In this document: piece by piece, positions 18,803 to 29,606 of the stretch
Position numbering within the stretch: the first letter of the stretch is position 1
How the letters are laid out: each line of letters begins with the position of its first letter
NCBI GenBank assembly: GCA_965202665.1
Contig: OZ241841.1
Location: forward strand, 800,001-864,000
DNA: 64,000 bases
Direction: 5' to 3'
Source of the DNA: Candidatus Spongiisociaceae bacterium
GTDB taxonomy: Bacteria; Actinomycetota; Acidimicrobiia; Spongiisociales; Spongiisociaceae
Notes under the pieces: generated by a model
What the model saw: the letters and a program-made list of their open reading frames with translations, nothing else
Told to the model about the DNA's origin: nothing
The model's database searches: none
Translations under genes and position numbers: made by a program

Positions 18803-20194
18803 CTACAGCACCCCCCCTTCGGTCATTTTTTTGATGTCCAAGGCGACGTCCAGTTCCGCTTCGGTCATCAGGCCTTTTTCCAACACCACTTCCCGCACGG
18901 TGCGGCCGGTGGCGTGGGCCTGCTTGGCCACCTCCGCCCCCTGGTCGTAGCCGATGTGGGGGTTGAGGGCGGTAACCACGATCAGGTTGGCTTCCGCCAG
19001 GGCCCGGGCCCGTTCCTCGTCGGCTTCTATCCCCTCCACGCACCGCTCCCGCAATACGGCGGCGGCGTTGGCCAGCAGGTCGATGGCTTCCAGCAGGTTG
19101 TGGGCGATCATGGGCATCATCACGTTCAACTCCAGGTTGCCGTTGGCCGCCCCCCAGGCGATGGCCGCATCGTTGCCCATGATGTGGGCCGCCGCCTGCA
19201 TGGCCATCTCCGGGATGACCGGGTTGACTTTGCCGGGCATTATCGAAGATCCGGGCTGCAGGGCGGGCAGCCGTATTTCGGCCAAGCCGGTGCGGGGGCC
19301 GGAGGACAGCCAGCGCAGATCGTTGGCGATTTTGAACAGGGAAACGGCCGCCGCCCGCAGGGCGCCCGAGGCCATCACCACCGCGTCTTTGGCGGCTTGC
19401 GCCTCAAAATGGTCCTCCGCTTCCCGAAAAGGCAGGTCCGTATCCCGGGCGATGAGGGCGATGGCCCGGGCCGCGAATCCGGCGGGGGCGTTGATGCCGG
19501 TGCCGACCGCGGTGCCGCCCAAAGCCAACTCGTCCAGATCGGGCAGGACCGCCACCAGCCGCTCCACTCCCCGCCGCATCTGGGTGGCGTAGCCGGAGAA
19601 TTCCTGGCCGAGGGTGACCGGGGTGGCGTCCATCAGGTGGGTGCGGCCCGATTTGACCACCTCGGCGAACTGCCCCGCTTTGGCGGCCAGGGAGGCGGCC
19701 AGCTCCTGCAGGGCGGGCAACAGGTCTTCGCGGATGGCGGCCGAAGCCGCCAAATGGATGGCGGAGGGGATCACATCGTTGGAGGACTGCCCGAAGTTGA
19801 CATGGTCGTTGGGATGCACCGGGTGCTCCCCCGGGGCCGAACCCAGCAGTTGACAGGCCCGGGCGGCGATCACCTCGTTGGCGTTGGTGTTGGTGGAGGT
19901 GCCGGAACCGGTCTGGAAAATGTCCAGCACGAACTGGTCGTCGTGGTCGCCCGCCGACACTTCATCGGCCGCCTGGGAGACGGCCCGGGCTATCTCCGGC
20001 GGCAGATGTCCCCCTTCGCCCGCCGCCCGGGCCGCCGCGCTCTTGATAAGGCCCAGGGCCCAGATGAAGCGGCGCCCGAATCGCAGGTCGGAGATGGGGA
20101 AGTTCTCCACCGCCCGTTGCGTGGACGCCCCGTACAAGGCCCCCTCCGGCACCCGCACTTCCCCCATGGAATCGGTTTCAATTCGATAGCCCAC
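18803..20194 (-). CDS. fumC: Class II fumarate hydratase
   Basis: [37 protein letters not shown]; GTG start at 20194. Confidence 0.93.
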   Translation of the reverse strand: MGYRIETDSMGEVRVPEGALYGASTQRAVENFPISDLRFGRRFIWALGLIKSAAARAAGEGGHLPPEIARAVSQAADEVSAGDHDDQFVLDIFQTGSGTSTNTNANEVIAARACQLLGSAPGEHPVHPNDHVNFGQSSNDVIPSAIHLAASAAIREDLLPALQELAASLAAKAGQFAEVVKSGRTHLMDATPVTLGQEFSGYATQMRRGVERLVAVLPDLDELALGGTAVGTGINAPAGFAARAIALIARDTDLPFREAEDHFEAQAAKDAVVMASGALRAAAVSLFKIANDLRWLSSGPRTGLAEIRLPALQPGSSIMPGKVNPVIPEMAMQAAAHIMGNDAAIAWGAANGNLELNVMMPMIAHNLLEAIDLLANAAAVLRERCVEGIEADEERARALAEANLIVVTALNPHIGYDQGAEVAKQAHATGRTVREVVLEKGLMTEAELDVALDIKKMTEGGVL

Positions 20195-20273
20195 ATCGCT
20201 CCCTTCGCCGCCGACCTCCCCATCGTACCGGACTCCCCCGCCGCAACCGTCCCGCCGGCCATCGCTTTCAGGA

Positions 20274-21083
20274 TTACACGTCGAAAGGGGTGTCGGTGAA
20301 GAAGTCGGCCGGCTTCCGTTCCGCCGGTTGCGGAGCGGGGGCTTGCAGGCCGAGCCGGGCGCGAACCGCCTCGTAGCCGCCCTCCTCCAAATCGTCGGCC
20401 AAATGCGGGCCGCCCGAATCCACAATCCGCCCCCCCATCATTATGTGCACCCGGTCCGGACGGACGTAGTTCAGGATCCGGTTGTAGTGGGTGATCATCA
20501 CGATCGCCACCTCCTCCCCCCGCATCTCCGACACCGCCCCCGCTACTTTGCGCACCGCGTCGATGTCCAAACCGGAGTCGATTTCATCCAACAGCAGCAC
20601 TTTCGGACGCAACACCGCCGCCTGGAACACCTCCGAGGTTTTCGTCTCCCCGCCGGACAGCCCGCCGTTCACCGCCCGTCCCAGAAACTCCCCCATCCCG
20701 AACCGCTCCGCCTCCGCCGCCATCCGTTTCCGGGTTTCCGCCGGGTCCGTCCCCCGCGCTCCGGCCGCTTCCTCCAAAAACACTTCCAGTTCCAACCCGG
20801 GCACCTCCACCGGATATTGGAAGGCGCACATCAGCCCGGCTTGCGCCCGCTCATCCACCGGCAACCCGTCCAGGGCCGTCCCGTCCACCGTCGCCGAACC
20901 GGACACCCGGTAGCCGGGCTTGCCCGCCAGGGCATGGCAGAAAGTGGATTTGCCGGAGCCGTTGGGCCCCATGATGGCGTGCACCTCTCCGAACGGAACC
21001 CGCAGGTTCACCCCGCTCAGGATTTCCAAGCCGCCCAGCCCGACGTCCAAATCTTCCACAACCAGCGCCGGCCGTCCCATCAT
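20274..21083 (-). CDS. sufC: Second, divergent SufC-like ATPase
   Basis: [45 protein letters not shown]. Confidence 0.8.
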   Translation of the reverse strand: MMGRPALVVEDLDVGLGGLEILSGVNLRVPFGEVHAIMGPNGSGKSTFCHALAGKPGYRVSGSATVDGTALDGLPVDERAQAGLMCAFQYPVEVPGLELEVFLEEAAGARGTDPAETRKRMAAEAERFGMGEFLGRAVNGGLSGGETKTSEVFQAAVLRPKVLLLDEIDSGLDIDAVRKVAGAVSEMRGEEVAIVMITHYNRILNYVRPDRVHIMMGGRIVDSGGPHLADDLEEGGYEAVRARLGLQAPAPQPAERKPADFFTDTPFDV

Positions 21084-21394
21084 TCCTCCTCCAACCCGAT
21101 CAGCACCCGCCCCGCATCCACCAGCACCCGGTAAACGGGCACCGGGCGGGTGGCGGGCAACGACAAATGTTCGCCAGTGCGCAAGTCAAACCCGGCCCCG
21201 TGCAACGGACATTCCACCTCGCAGTCGAACACTTCCCCTTCCGCCAGCGACGCCTCGGCGTGACTGCACCGGTCCCCCAAAGCGTAGAAGTCGTCCTCCA
21301 CGCGGAACACGGCCACCTCCCGCCCTCTTATCTCCACCCGGGTTCCGCCCGGCGGGAAGGCGTCCGCCTCGCCCACATCCAACCATTCCATCAT
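21080..21394 (-). CDS. Rieske-type ferredoxin
   Basis: CSH and CPLH motifs. Confidence 0.92.
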   Translation of the reverse strand: MMEWLDVGEADAFPPGGTRVEIRGREVAVFRVEDDFYALGDRCSHAEASLAEGEVFDCEVECPLHGAGFDLRTGEHLSLPATRPVPVYRVLVDAGRVLIGLEEE

Positions 21395-22680
21395 CCGCTC
21401 CCGGCGGCCCGCTGGGCGGCGGCGAATTTGGCGGCCACCGTCCGCCGGGCCGGTTCGGCCAAGCCCGGTTCGGCCAAGTCGGACAGTATCTCGTCGAAAA
21501 ATCCCCGCACCAGCAACCGTTCGGCCAAGTGGCGGCCCATCCCCCGGCTCATCAGGTAATAGAGTTGCTCCTCCTCCAACGGTCCGGAGGAAGAACCGTG
21601 CCCGCACTGCAGGTCGTCGGTGAGTATTTCCAGGTTGGGCACCGAATGAACTTTGGCCCCGTCGGAGAGAACCAGGTTGCGGTTGGTTTCAAAAGCGGAA
21701 GTGCCCGTTGCTTCTTTTTCGATGCGCATCAGCCCGGTCCAGATGGCCTGCGCCTTGTCGGCCACCGCTCCTTTCAGGAAAATGTTGGAAGTGGTGCGCG
21801 GCCCCCGGTGGGTGACGAACATCCGGTAATCCAACGTTTGGGAGCCGTCCCCGAAGTAGATGCCGCCCATTTCCACCGAAGACCCGGCCCCGGCCAAATC
21901 GATGCCCATTCGTTGCCGGGCGTAGCCGCCGCCCAAGCCCACCTCCCCTATTTTGATGTGGGAATCCCGCCCGGTGGCGTACCGGTGGTGGGCCACCATG
22001 CGCGCCGCCTCCGACAGCCGTTGCACTACCGTCACGTTCAGGCGCGCCCCGTCTCCGGTGAAGGCTTCTATGACCGGGACGGCCAGCAGTTCCGCTCCCG
22101 GGGCCGAACGGTAGGCCGCCACCACCGACGCCTGCGAGTCGGCCCCCGCCACCACGGTTATGTGGGGGAAAACCGCCGCGCCGGGGGTCACCGCGCAGAC
22201 GTCCGCCACCACCGGGGCGGACGCCGCCCGGCCCGGCGGAATGACAATCACCGCCCCCGGCGGGGCGGACGCTTGGTGGGCGGCCGCGAAAATGTCGGCG
22301 TCGATGGGCGTGGCCGACCCGTAACGCCGCACCGCCTCCTCCGCCCAATCGCCGTTGAACAGGGAGTGCGGGGGCCCCGCCGCCACCTCCTTCTCCGTTA
22401 TCTGAACCGCGGTCAGATGGCCGTCCACCAGGCGGATCAGTGCGCCGGGCTCCGGGAGGGCGGACAAGTAGTCGTCTTCGCCCAACGGGTCGGGGTCGGC
22501 GGGCGGGGGGGCGGGGCGGTAATCGGCCAAGTCGAAGTCGATCTCCGCGTAACGCCATTCCTCCAAGGCGGGGGTGGGCATGACGGCCGCCGCCTGCGCC
22601 GTCCGGCCCGCGTTGCGCCGTTCCGCCAACCAGTCCGGTTCGCGTTCGGCGGGCGGGGCGGTTGTGTCGGAGGTTGTCAT
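21391..22680 (-). CDS. sufD: Fe-S assembly protein SufD
   Basis: EEWRY, VPNLEI, LQCGHGSS, YYLMSRG, LLVRGFF. Confidence 0.88.
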   Translation of the reverse strand: MTTSDTTAPPAEREPDWLAERRNAGRTAQAAAVMPTPALEEWRYAEIDFDLADYRPAPPPADPDPLGEDDYLSALPEPGALIRLVDGHLTAVQITEKEVAAGPPHSLFNGDWAEEAVRRYGSATPIDADIFAAAHQASAPPGAVIVIPPGRAASAPVVADVCAVTPGAAVFPHITVVAGADSQASVVAAYRSAPGAELLAVPVIEAFTGDGARLNVTVVQRLSEAARMVAHHRYATGRDSHIKIGEVGLGGGYARQRMGIDLAGAGSSVEMGGIYFGDGSQTLDYRMFVTHRGPRTTSNIFLKGAVADKAQAIWTGLMRIEKEATGTSAFETNRNLVLSDGAKVHSVPNLEILTDDLQCGHGSSSGPLEEEQLYYLMSRGMGRHLAERLLVRGFFDEILSDLAEPGLAEPARRTVAAKFAAAQRAAGSG

Positions 22681-22772
22681 CTCGGCTTTCTCGGTCGTCT
22701 CGCGGGAGCCGGGCGCGGCTCTTCGCCTCCAAAAGGCGGGAGGGCCATCGTACATTGAAAAAGGCGCATCTA

Positions 22773-23501
22773 CTAACCCGGCCGGTGGGCGGAGCGCGGG
22801 CGGGCGAGCAGGCGGGCGGCCCGGGCGAACACCGCGTCCAGCATTTCCTCCGTGAGCAGGCCGGTGAAGGTGTTCTGCTGCGAAGGGTGGTAGCAGGCGA
22901 TGAGCAAGGGGGCGTCCGGGCCGCAGTCCACTTCGGCGCCGTGTCCGAAACGCGGTTTGGGGCGGGGGATCTCCCAGCCCTTCTGCCGTCCCAGCCGGAG
23001 CACCTGATCGTAGGCCATCCGTCCCAGGCACACGATGACCCGCGCCCCGCTCAACTCCAGTTCCTCCCGCAGCCAACGGGCGCACGTTTCCCGCTCCTCC
23101 GGGGTGGGCTTGTTGGCGGGCGGGGCGCACCGCACGATGGCGGTCACCGCCGCATCCATCAGTTCCAACCCGTCATCGGAGGCCGTCGAATGGGGCTGGT
23201 TGGCGAATCCGGCCCGATGCAGGGCCCGGAACAGCCAATCCCCGGAGCGGTCCCCGGTGAACATCCGCCCGGTGCGGTTGGCCCCATGGGCGGCCGGGGC
23301 CAGCCCCACCAGCAACAGGCCGGCGGAGGCCTCCCCCAGCATGGGGACCGGGCGGCCCCAGTAGGCTTGCTCCCGGAAGGCGGCCCGCTTGTCGGTCGCC
23401 GTCCGCTCCCGCCATTCCACCAAGCGGGGGCATCGGCGGCATTCCACCAGTTCGGCCTGCAGTCGGGCGCGGGCGGCCCGGATTCGGCCGGGTTCGCTCA
23501 C
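22773..23501 (-). CDS. Uracil-DNA glycosylase, family 5 (UdgB-like, 4Fe-4S)
   Basis: [33 protein letters not shown]. Confidence 0.9.
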   Translation of the reverse strand: MSEPGRIRAARARLQAELVECRRCPRLVEWRERTATDKRAAFREQAYWGRPVPMLGEASAGLLLVGLAPAAHGANRTGRMFTGDRSGDWLFRALHRAGFANQPHSTASDDGLELMDAAVTAIVRCAPPANKPTPEERETCARWLREELELSGARVIVCLGRMAYDQVLRLGRQKGWEIPRPKPRFGHGAEVDCGPDAPLLIACYHPSQQNTFTGLLTEEMLDAVFARAARLLARPRSAHRPG

Positions 23502-25198
23502 GAATCCCCGGCCGGGTCCGCCGGCTCCTCCGCCGCCGGGTCCCCTTCTCCCGCCTCCCCTTCCTGCGCAACTCCCTCGTCTGCCCCTCCCGCTTGGTCG
23601 ACGGCGGGCTGTTCCGCCTCCGGGGCCGGGTCTTCCTGCGGAACCGCATCCAGGGCCGCCCATTGGAAACGGCTGTAGGCGTTCCACAGCATCCATCCCA
23701 TGGAGCGGTTTTCGGCAGCGTCGATCTGGGCGCGCACCTGGGAGGCGTTGTAGTAGAAGTCCTGCAACCAGGGGCGGACGATGGCCGGGCCTTCCAAACG
23801 CGTCATGCCGTCGTCCAAGGCGGAGCCGACCACCGAGCCGGGATGGGAGTTGGGGTCGTCGTATCCGAACCACCCGCTTGAATAGTGGCTGGGATAGACC
23901 ATCGGCGACAGCACATCGGCGGTGGAGGACAGCCGGGTGAATTCCTGGCCGATGCCGCCGTCGTTGTTCACCGAGGTGATGAAGCCGAAAATATCGGCCG
24001 CCACCGCGCACCCCATCGGATGCAAAAGGTCGCCGGCTTTGTTCAGGAAAGAGTCGATGGCTTCCACCCGCACCTCCTCGGAGGAACCCCCGTCGAAGAC
24101 GGCGGTGGACGGATAGCCGTCCGGAAAGCGCACGTAGTCGAACTGGATTTCGTCGAACCCGGCTCCGCACACTTCAACGGCCAAGTCCAGGGCGTAGGCC
24201 CGGGCCTGCTCGTCGGTGGGGTCCAAAAAGTACTGGCCCCGCTTGTTGAACGGCCCGCCGGTGGCGGTGTTGAAAACGGCCAAATCGGGGGCGGCCTGGG
24301 CGGCGACCGGGTCTTGGAAGGTGACGATGCGGGCGATTTTGTACAAGTCGGCTTCGTCCATGTCGGCCGCCACCGTCTCCAAGTCGAAGCGGGGGGTGAC
24401 GGCCCCCACCTCGCGGGCCCGCTCCACCTGGCTGCTGTAATAAATGCGCCCGCTTTCGTTTTTCACGTCCACTACGAAGGAGTTGACCACGGTGGTGGCG
24501 GCCACGTCCAGCATCTCCGCCCAGCGTGCGGCGTCGCCGGGGATGTCGGCCGCAATGTGCAGGGCGCGGACTATGCGGGGCTGCATGACCAGTTCGGTGA
24601 CCAGTGACTCGCCGTCCCAGTCCAGTTGGGCGTCGTGCCAGCCGGGGCGGGAAGAAGTCAGCAACCCTTTGGTGGCCCCCGCCACTTCGAACCGGCCGTT
24701 TTCGTCGGTGCCCGCCTCCTGGTCGTTGAGGGTGACGGTCGCCCCTCCCAGCCCGTTGCCGGCGCGGTCCAGCACCGCCCCCCGCAACAGCACCGGCCGC
24801 AGTTTCAACTCATAGGGTTCCTCCCGGAACTCTTTGACCGCCAAGCCGCTGGGGAAAAAGCCGGGGGCTTTCACCTGCACCGAAATGTCCCTGCCCTCCC
24901 ATTCCACGCCGGCCCGGCCTTGTTCATCGGTGACCAGTTCCCCCCTGCCCGCTATTACCGCCGCCCCGGGGATGGGGTGCCCGGAATCGTTGGTGACCAG
25001 CACCGTCACCACCGGGACGGCCCGCGGGGGGGGCACCGGGGTTTCGCCGACCATCACCACCGACTGGGGGGCGCAGGCCGAGGCCGCCAAACAGAAGGCC
25101 AAGGCGCAGGCTAAACGGACGGGGAACGGGAAACGTTTCCCAGGGTGATCAACCCGCTCCCCGCCTTGACGGGCGGTCCGTTGCGCAACGATGGACAT
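23498..25198 (-). CDS. Putative glycoside hydrolase (DUF4015-like) lipoprotein with carboxypeptidase-regulatory-like repeats
   Basis: Lipobox ASAC; [45 protein letters not shown]. Confidence 0.8.
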   Translation of the reverse strand: MSIVAQRTARQGGERVDHPGKRFPFPVRLACALAFCLAASACAPQSVVMVGETPVPPPRAVPVVTVLVTNDSGHPIPGAAVIAGRGELVTDEQGRAGVEWEGRDISVQVKAPGFFPSGLAVKEFREEPYELKLRPVLLRGAVLDRAGNGLGGATVTLNDQEAGTDENGRFEVAGATKGLLTSSRPGWHDAQLDWDGESLVTELVMQPRIVRALHIAADIPGDAARWAEMLDVAATTVVNSFVVDVKNESGRIYYSSQVERAREVGAVTPRFDLETVAADMDEADLYKIARIVTFQDPVAAQAAPDLAVFNTATGGPFNKRGQYFLDPTDEQARAYALDLAVEVCGAGFDEIQFDYVRFPDGYPSTAVFDGGSSEEVRVEAIDSFLNKAGDLLHPMGCAVAADIFGFITSVNNDGGIGQEFTRLSSTADVLSPMVYPSHYSSGWFGYDDPNSHPGSVVGSALDDGMTRLEGPAIVRPWLQDFYYNASQVRAQIDAAENRSMGWMLWNAYSRFQWAALDAVPQEDPAPEAEQPAVDQAGGADEGVAQEGEAGEGDPAAEEPADPAGDS

Positions 25199-25316
25199 TT
25201 GCGTCATTTTAGCCCAGAGCCGGGTTTTTGGCGCGCAACCGAATTTCCAGATTTTGCCAATTTTGCGATAGGTGATATTTTGCCGTAGCCATGGGACGGA
25301 GAGAGGGGCGCAGAGA

Positions 25317-26249
25317 GTGACAACACTGGCGCGGGAGGCATTGCCCACCACCGATACGGTAGGGCTTTACTTTGAAGAAGTATCGGCCCACGAACTGTTG
25401 ACCGCCAACGACGAAGTGGATCTGGCCCGCACCATGGAACAGGGCCTGCTGGCCCAAGAGAAACTGGACGCCGCCAAACAGCTGAGCAACACCCAGAAGA
25501 TACGGCTCCGCCGCCAGGTGACGGACGGCCGGGACGCCAAGGCGGTGTTCATCAAGTCCAACCTGCGGCTGGTGATCTCCATCGCCAAACGTTACAGCGG
25601 GCGGGGAATGGACCTGACCGACCTGATCCAGGAGGGCAACCTGGGGCTGATCCGGGCGGTGGAAAAATTCGACTGGCGGAAAGGGTTCAAGTTCTCCACC
25701 TACGCCACCTGGTGGATCCGCCAAGCCATCACCCGCGGACTGGGAAACCAGTCGCGCACCATCCGCCTGCCGGTGCATATGGCCGACATCGTGCGCACCG
25801 TCAACGAAACCTGGCACACCCTGGCCGACCAGCTGAGCCGTCATCCCACCCGGCAGGAGGTCGCCGAAGCCAGCGGGCTGGACATCGAACGGGTGAACGC
25901 CGCCATGGACTCGCCCACCAACACCATATCCCTGGACCGGCCGATGAACGACGACGGGGACGCCACCTTGGGGGACTTCGTGGAAGATCAGACGGCCACC
26001 GACCCGTTCGCCCACGCCGCACTGTCCCTGCGCCGGGGCTACATCGACCAGGCGCTGGAGGTGCTGGAACCGGAGGAGCGGCTGGTGATCATCCTCCGCT
26101 ACGGCCTAGACGGCAAAGACCCCCGCACTCTGTCCGACGTGGGGGCCAACTTCGACATAACCCGCGAACGGGTCCGCCAGATAGAAAACCGCGCCCTGGC
26201 CAAACTGCGCCACCCCAGCTGCCCCCACGACCTGGGCCACCTCCTCTAG
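25317..26249 (+). CDS. RpoD/SigB-like sigma-70 factor
   Basis: NLRLVISIAK, DLIQEGNLGL, GFKFSTYATWWIRQ, TRERVRQIE; no region 1.1. Confidence 0.92.
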   Translation: MTTLAREALPTTDTVGLYFEEVSAHELLTANDEVDLARTMEQGLLAQEKLDAAKQLSNTQKIRLRRQVTDGRDAKAVFIKSNLRLVISIAKRYSGRGMDLTDLIQEGNLGLIRAVEKFDWRKGFKFSTYATWWIRQAITRGLGNQSRTIRLPVHMADIVRTVNETWHTLADQLSRHPTRQEVAEASGLDIERVNAAMDSPTNTISLDRPMNDDGDATLGDFVEDQTATDPFAHAALSLRRGYIDQALEVLEPEERLVIILRYGLDGKDPRTLSDVGANFDITRERVRQIENRALAKLRHPSCPHDLGHLL

Positions 26250-26947
26250 GGCTCTAGTCCGACCTGCCCGCGCCGCTGCCCGGGCAATTCCTTGATCCAA
26301 CGCGAGGCGAGGGCCACCGCCTCTTCCCGCACCTGTTGGGAGGTGCGACCGGCGCGGCGGGGGACGGCCAGGGAATGGTCGGCGTCGGGGATGATTTCCA
26401 CGGTCGCCTGCGGGAGGGGGCGCAGATGCCGGTCGGTCAAAAGGGGATGGGCCAGCGGATCGCGGGAGCCGGTTATGAAAAGCATGGGGACCGCCACTCG
26501 GGGCAGATGCTCCACCCGCAGTTTCTCCGGGCGCCCGGCCGGGTGGAGGGGATAGGAGAAGGCGACCACGCCCGCGCACGGCTCCCCCTCCGCCGCCAGA
26601 ATGGTGGACATCCGCCCTCCCATGGAACGGCCCGCCAGCGCCACCGTCTCAAACCGGCTGCGCAACCAGGAGGCGGCCGCCCGATGGCATTCCAAAAGCC
26701 GGGCCGGCCGGTCCGGGGGACGCCGGGTTCCCCGTTGCGCCCGCTCCTCCATGTAGGGGTAGTTGAAGGTGAGCACCGGGTGCCCCAGCCCGGCCAAGCC
26801 GTCCCGAATGCCGGCCAGCGCCGGGTGATCCTGTCCGGCCCCCGCCCCGTGCGCCAACAGCACCGCCGGTCCCCGGGCTTGACGGGGGCGGCGCCACCGG
26901 CCGGTCACCCCTCCCCCCTCCCATCTGATCGCCACCCGCCTGGCCAT
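26246..26947 (-). CDS. Alpha/beta hydrolase (Tex30/KANL3-like)
   Basis: LAHGAGAG, GRSMGGR, YPLHP, GSRDP, DH. Confidence 0.85.
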   Translation of the reverse strand: MARRVAIRWEGGGVTGRWRRPRQARGPAVLLAHGAGAGQDHPALAGIRDGLAGLGHPVLTFNYPYMEERAQRGTRRPPDRPARLLECHRAAASWLRSRFETVALAGRSMGGRMSTILAAEGEPCAGVVAFSYPLHPAGRPEKLRVEHLPRVAVPMLFITGSRDPLAHPLLTDRHLRPLPQATVEIIPDADHSLAVPRRAGRTSQQVREEAVALASRWIKELPGQRRGQVGLEP

Positions 26948-27036
26948 GGCGCCTCCTCTCCCGCCGGACGCCGGCCCCGAACGGCCGCGCGCGCCGCGCC
27001 CTTGGGCGACAGGTTAGGGAAGGTAAGGTTGGCTCG

Positions 27037-27759
27037 GTGAACATCCAACCGGAAGTGATCATTTTCCCCGATGCGGAGGCTTTGGCCGCGGGGGCGGCCC
27101 GGCGCATCGCCGACTTCATACGCAACCATCCCCGCCCCGGGGTGACCATCGCCTTGGCGGGCGGCTCCACCCCGGCCGGAGCTTACCGGCGGTTGCGGAA
27201 AATGGATGTCCCCTGGGAGCGGGTAACGGCCTGGGTGGGGGATGAGCGCAACGTCCCGCCCGGCCATCCCGACCATAACGGGAGCATGGCCGACCGGTTG
27301 CTCTTGGCCGGGACCGGGGCCGCCCTCCGCCAGATACCCTGGCATGAGGGGGAACCGGAGCGAATGGCCGCCGAATACCGGCGAATGTTGGGCGGGATCC
27401 TGCATATCAGGGACGGGAAGCCCTGCCCGGATCTGGCCCTGGCCGGGATCGGCGACGACGGCCACACCCTGTCCCTGTTTCCCGGCGGCGCCGGTTTGGA
27501 AATCAACGACCGGGATTACGCGGCGGTGTGGGTGGAGTCCAAGCAGGACTGGCGGCTGACCGCCACCTTCCCGCTGATGCACCGGGCGGAGCGGATAATG
27601 GTCCTGGTCTCGGGCGCGGGCAAAGCCGCCGCCTTGGCCGAGATTCTTTCCCCCGATGCAACCCCCGCCCTCCCCGCACGACAACTGATGGACGGGGCGG
27701 CCCCGGTCACCTGGCTGGCGGATGCAGCCGCCGCCTCCCTCTGGGAAGGGACCGGTTGA
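27037..27759 (+). CDS. pgl: 6-phosphogluconolactonase
   Basis: LAGGSTP, GDERNVP, GIGDDGHTLSLFP. Confidence 0.9.
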   Translation: MNIQPEVIIFPDAEALAAGAARRIADFIRNHPRPGVTIALAGGSTPAGAYRRLRKMDVPWERVTAWVGDERNVPPGHPDHNGSMADRLLLAGTGAALRQIPWHEGEPERMAAEYRRMLGGILHIRDGKPCPDLALAGIGDDGHTLSLFPGGAGLEINDRDYAAVWVESKQDWRLTATFPLMHRAERIMVLVSGAGKAAALAEILSPDATPALPARQLMDGAAPVTWLADAAAASLWEGTG

Positions 27760-28625
27760 GCGCCGCTTACCGCTGGAAGCCGGATCATCCCCTGGATCTG
27801 TCGTGGGCCATCCGGCGCCACGTCCGCTGGGGGGAGGATCCGACCAACGCGGTCCGCCGGGACCGCATTTACCGGACCACCGCCGGAGGCTCCCCCTACC
27901 GGGTCCGCCAACTGGACGACGGCCGGGTGGAGGTGGCCGCGGAGCGGGATTTGGAGGCGGCGGTGGCCGAAACCCGGTTTCGGATGGGAGAAACCCTGCC
28001 GCTGGAGCCGTTGCTGCGGGTGGCGGAACGGGTTCCGGCGGTGGCCGAACAGCGGGAGCGGCGTCCCGGATTCCGCCCGCCGCTCAACCCGGCGGTGACC
28101 GACAGCCTGGTTTCCTCCATCTGCGCTCAGCAGATCAACCTGGCCTGGGCGGCCGCCCTCCGCCGCCGGCTGGTGGAACGTTACGGGACGATGGTGGAAT
28201 GGGAGGGGGTGCGGATATGGCGCTTCCCCGACCCGGCGGTTTTGGGGGCGGCCGACCCGGATGAGTTGCGGGGCATGCAGTTTTCCGCCCGCAAGGCGGA
28301 GTACGTAATCGGGGCGGGACGGGCGGTAAGCGAAGGGGTTCTGGACGGGTTGTCGGCGGACGGCAACGAACGGGTAGCGGAGCGGATAACCGCCCTGCGC
28401 GGGATGGGGCGGTGGACCGCGGAATGGTTTTTGGCCCGGTGCCTGGCCCGGCCCGATGTCATCCCCGCCGGAGATCTGGGGGTGCGCAAGGCGGTGTCCC
28501 GGCTGGTGGCCGAAACCGACCGCCTTCTCACCGAGGAGGAAGTGCGGGCGGAGACCGCCGACTGGGGGGAGGGGGCCAACCTGGCCGCGCACTTGCTGTT
28601 GGAAGGCTTGGCCGATCCCGGATAG
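27756..28625 (+). CDS. AlkA-family DNA-3-methyladenine glycosylase
   Basis: ICAQQI, FPDP, HhH motif LRGMGRWTAE, PAGDLGVR; TTG start overlapping pgl stop. Confidence 0.85.
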   Translation: MSAAYRWKPDHPLDLSWAIRRHVRWGEDPTNAVRRDRIYRTTAGGSPYRVRQLDDGRVEVAAERDLEAAVAETRFRMGETLPLEPLLRVAERVPAVAEQRERRPGFRPPLNPAVTDSLVSSICAQQINLAWAAALRRRLVERYGTMVEWEGVRIWRFPDPAVLGAADPDELRGMQFSARKAEYVIGAGRAVSEGVLDGLSADGNERVAERITALRGMGRWTAEWFLARCLARPDVIPAGDLGVRKAVSRLVAETDRLLTEEEVRAETADWGEGANLAAHLLLEGLADPG

Positions 28626-28631
28626 AAGCCT

Positions 28632-29582
28632 TTACAGGGGACGGATGTCGCGGGGCGCGGCCCGGGGGCCGTAGGCGGGGGCGCGCCCCGCGTAACGTTC
28701 CAGAAGCCGCACCACCCGGCCCCGTTGCCCGGCGTAGGGGGCCAGCAGTTCCAGCATCCGTTCATCGGAGGCCCGGGCCTCCCCCGCCAAAGCCCAGGCC
28801 ACGGTGTTGGCTGCGTGAAAATCCCCCACCGGCACCGCGTCCGCATCGCCCCCAACCGCCTGCGCGGCGTTGGCCGAAGTCCACGGACCGATTCCGGGCA
28901 GGGAATGCAGCAACCGGCGCATTTCGTCCAAGCCGCCCCGGGCGGCCGCCTCCAGCCGGGGGGCGGCCCGGCAGGCCCGCAACACGGTCTCCGCCCGCCG
29001 GCGCTCCACCCCCAACGGGTGAAAGTCGTAATAGGCCAGTTGCGCCAGGCGGGAAGGGTCGGGCGGCAGGGGCAGGTTTCCGGGGCCGGGGGCGGGTTCC
29101 CCGTAGCGGGCGGTCAGCAGGCGGTAACTGCGGGAGGATTCAACGCCGGTCACCTTCTGGGCCAAGATGATCGAAACCAGAACCTCCGTCAGCCCGCCCA
29201 CCGCGCACATTCGCATCCCCCGCCCCAGCCGGGCGGCCCGCTTCAACTCCGGGTGCCGGGGAACCAGGGCGTCCGGGTCGTCGTTCTCCCCGATCCATTG
29301 GGGGACATGCTCCAAGGCCCATTCCGCCCCCTCCCCCCACGCCCCGGCGTCAAGTTCCCGGCCCGACAGCCGCATCCGCACCGCGGCCGGACCCTGCGGG
29401 GTGCGGGTGGCCCACCACAACCCGTCCGGGCGGACCCGCAGGCAGGGCCCCTTCACCCCGTCCACCGCCAAAGTGGCCCGCAAATCCAAAGGCCGTACCA
29501 GCCTTATCACCCGCCGGCCGGCCGGTTCATCGGCCATCCCGGAATCCTCCCGGAGAATCCGCAAAGGAGGGGAGCGGGACAA
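28632..29582 (-). CDS. HhH-GPD (AlkA-like) DNA glycosylase, actinobacterial type
   Basis: ILAQKVTG, LPGIGPWT, VGDFH, MLELLAPYAGQRGR. Confidence 0.82.
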   Translation of the reverse strand: MSRSPPLRILREDSGMADEPAGRRVIRLVRPLDLRATLAVDGVKGPCLRVRPDGLWWATRTPQGPAAVRMRLSGRELDAGAWGEGAEWALEHVPQWIGENDDPDALVPRHPELKRAARLGRGMRMCAVGGLTEVLVSIILAQKVTGVESSRSYRLLTARYGEPAPGPGNLPLPPDPSRLAQLAYYDFHPLGVERRRAETVLRACRAAPRLEAAARGGLDEMRRLLHSLPGIGPWTSANAAQAVGGDADAVPVGDFHAANTVAWALAGEARASDERMLELLAPYAGQRGRVVRLLERYAGRAPAYGPRAAPRDIRPL

Positions 29583-29606
29583 GGCCGGCCGCGCCCGCCC
29601 GCATAT

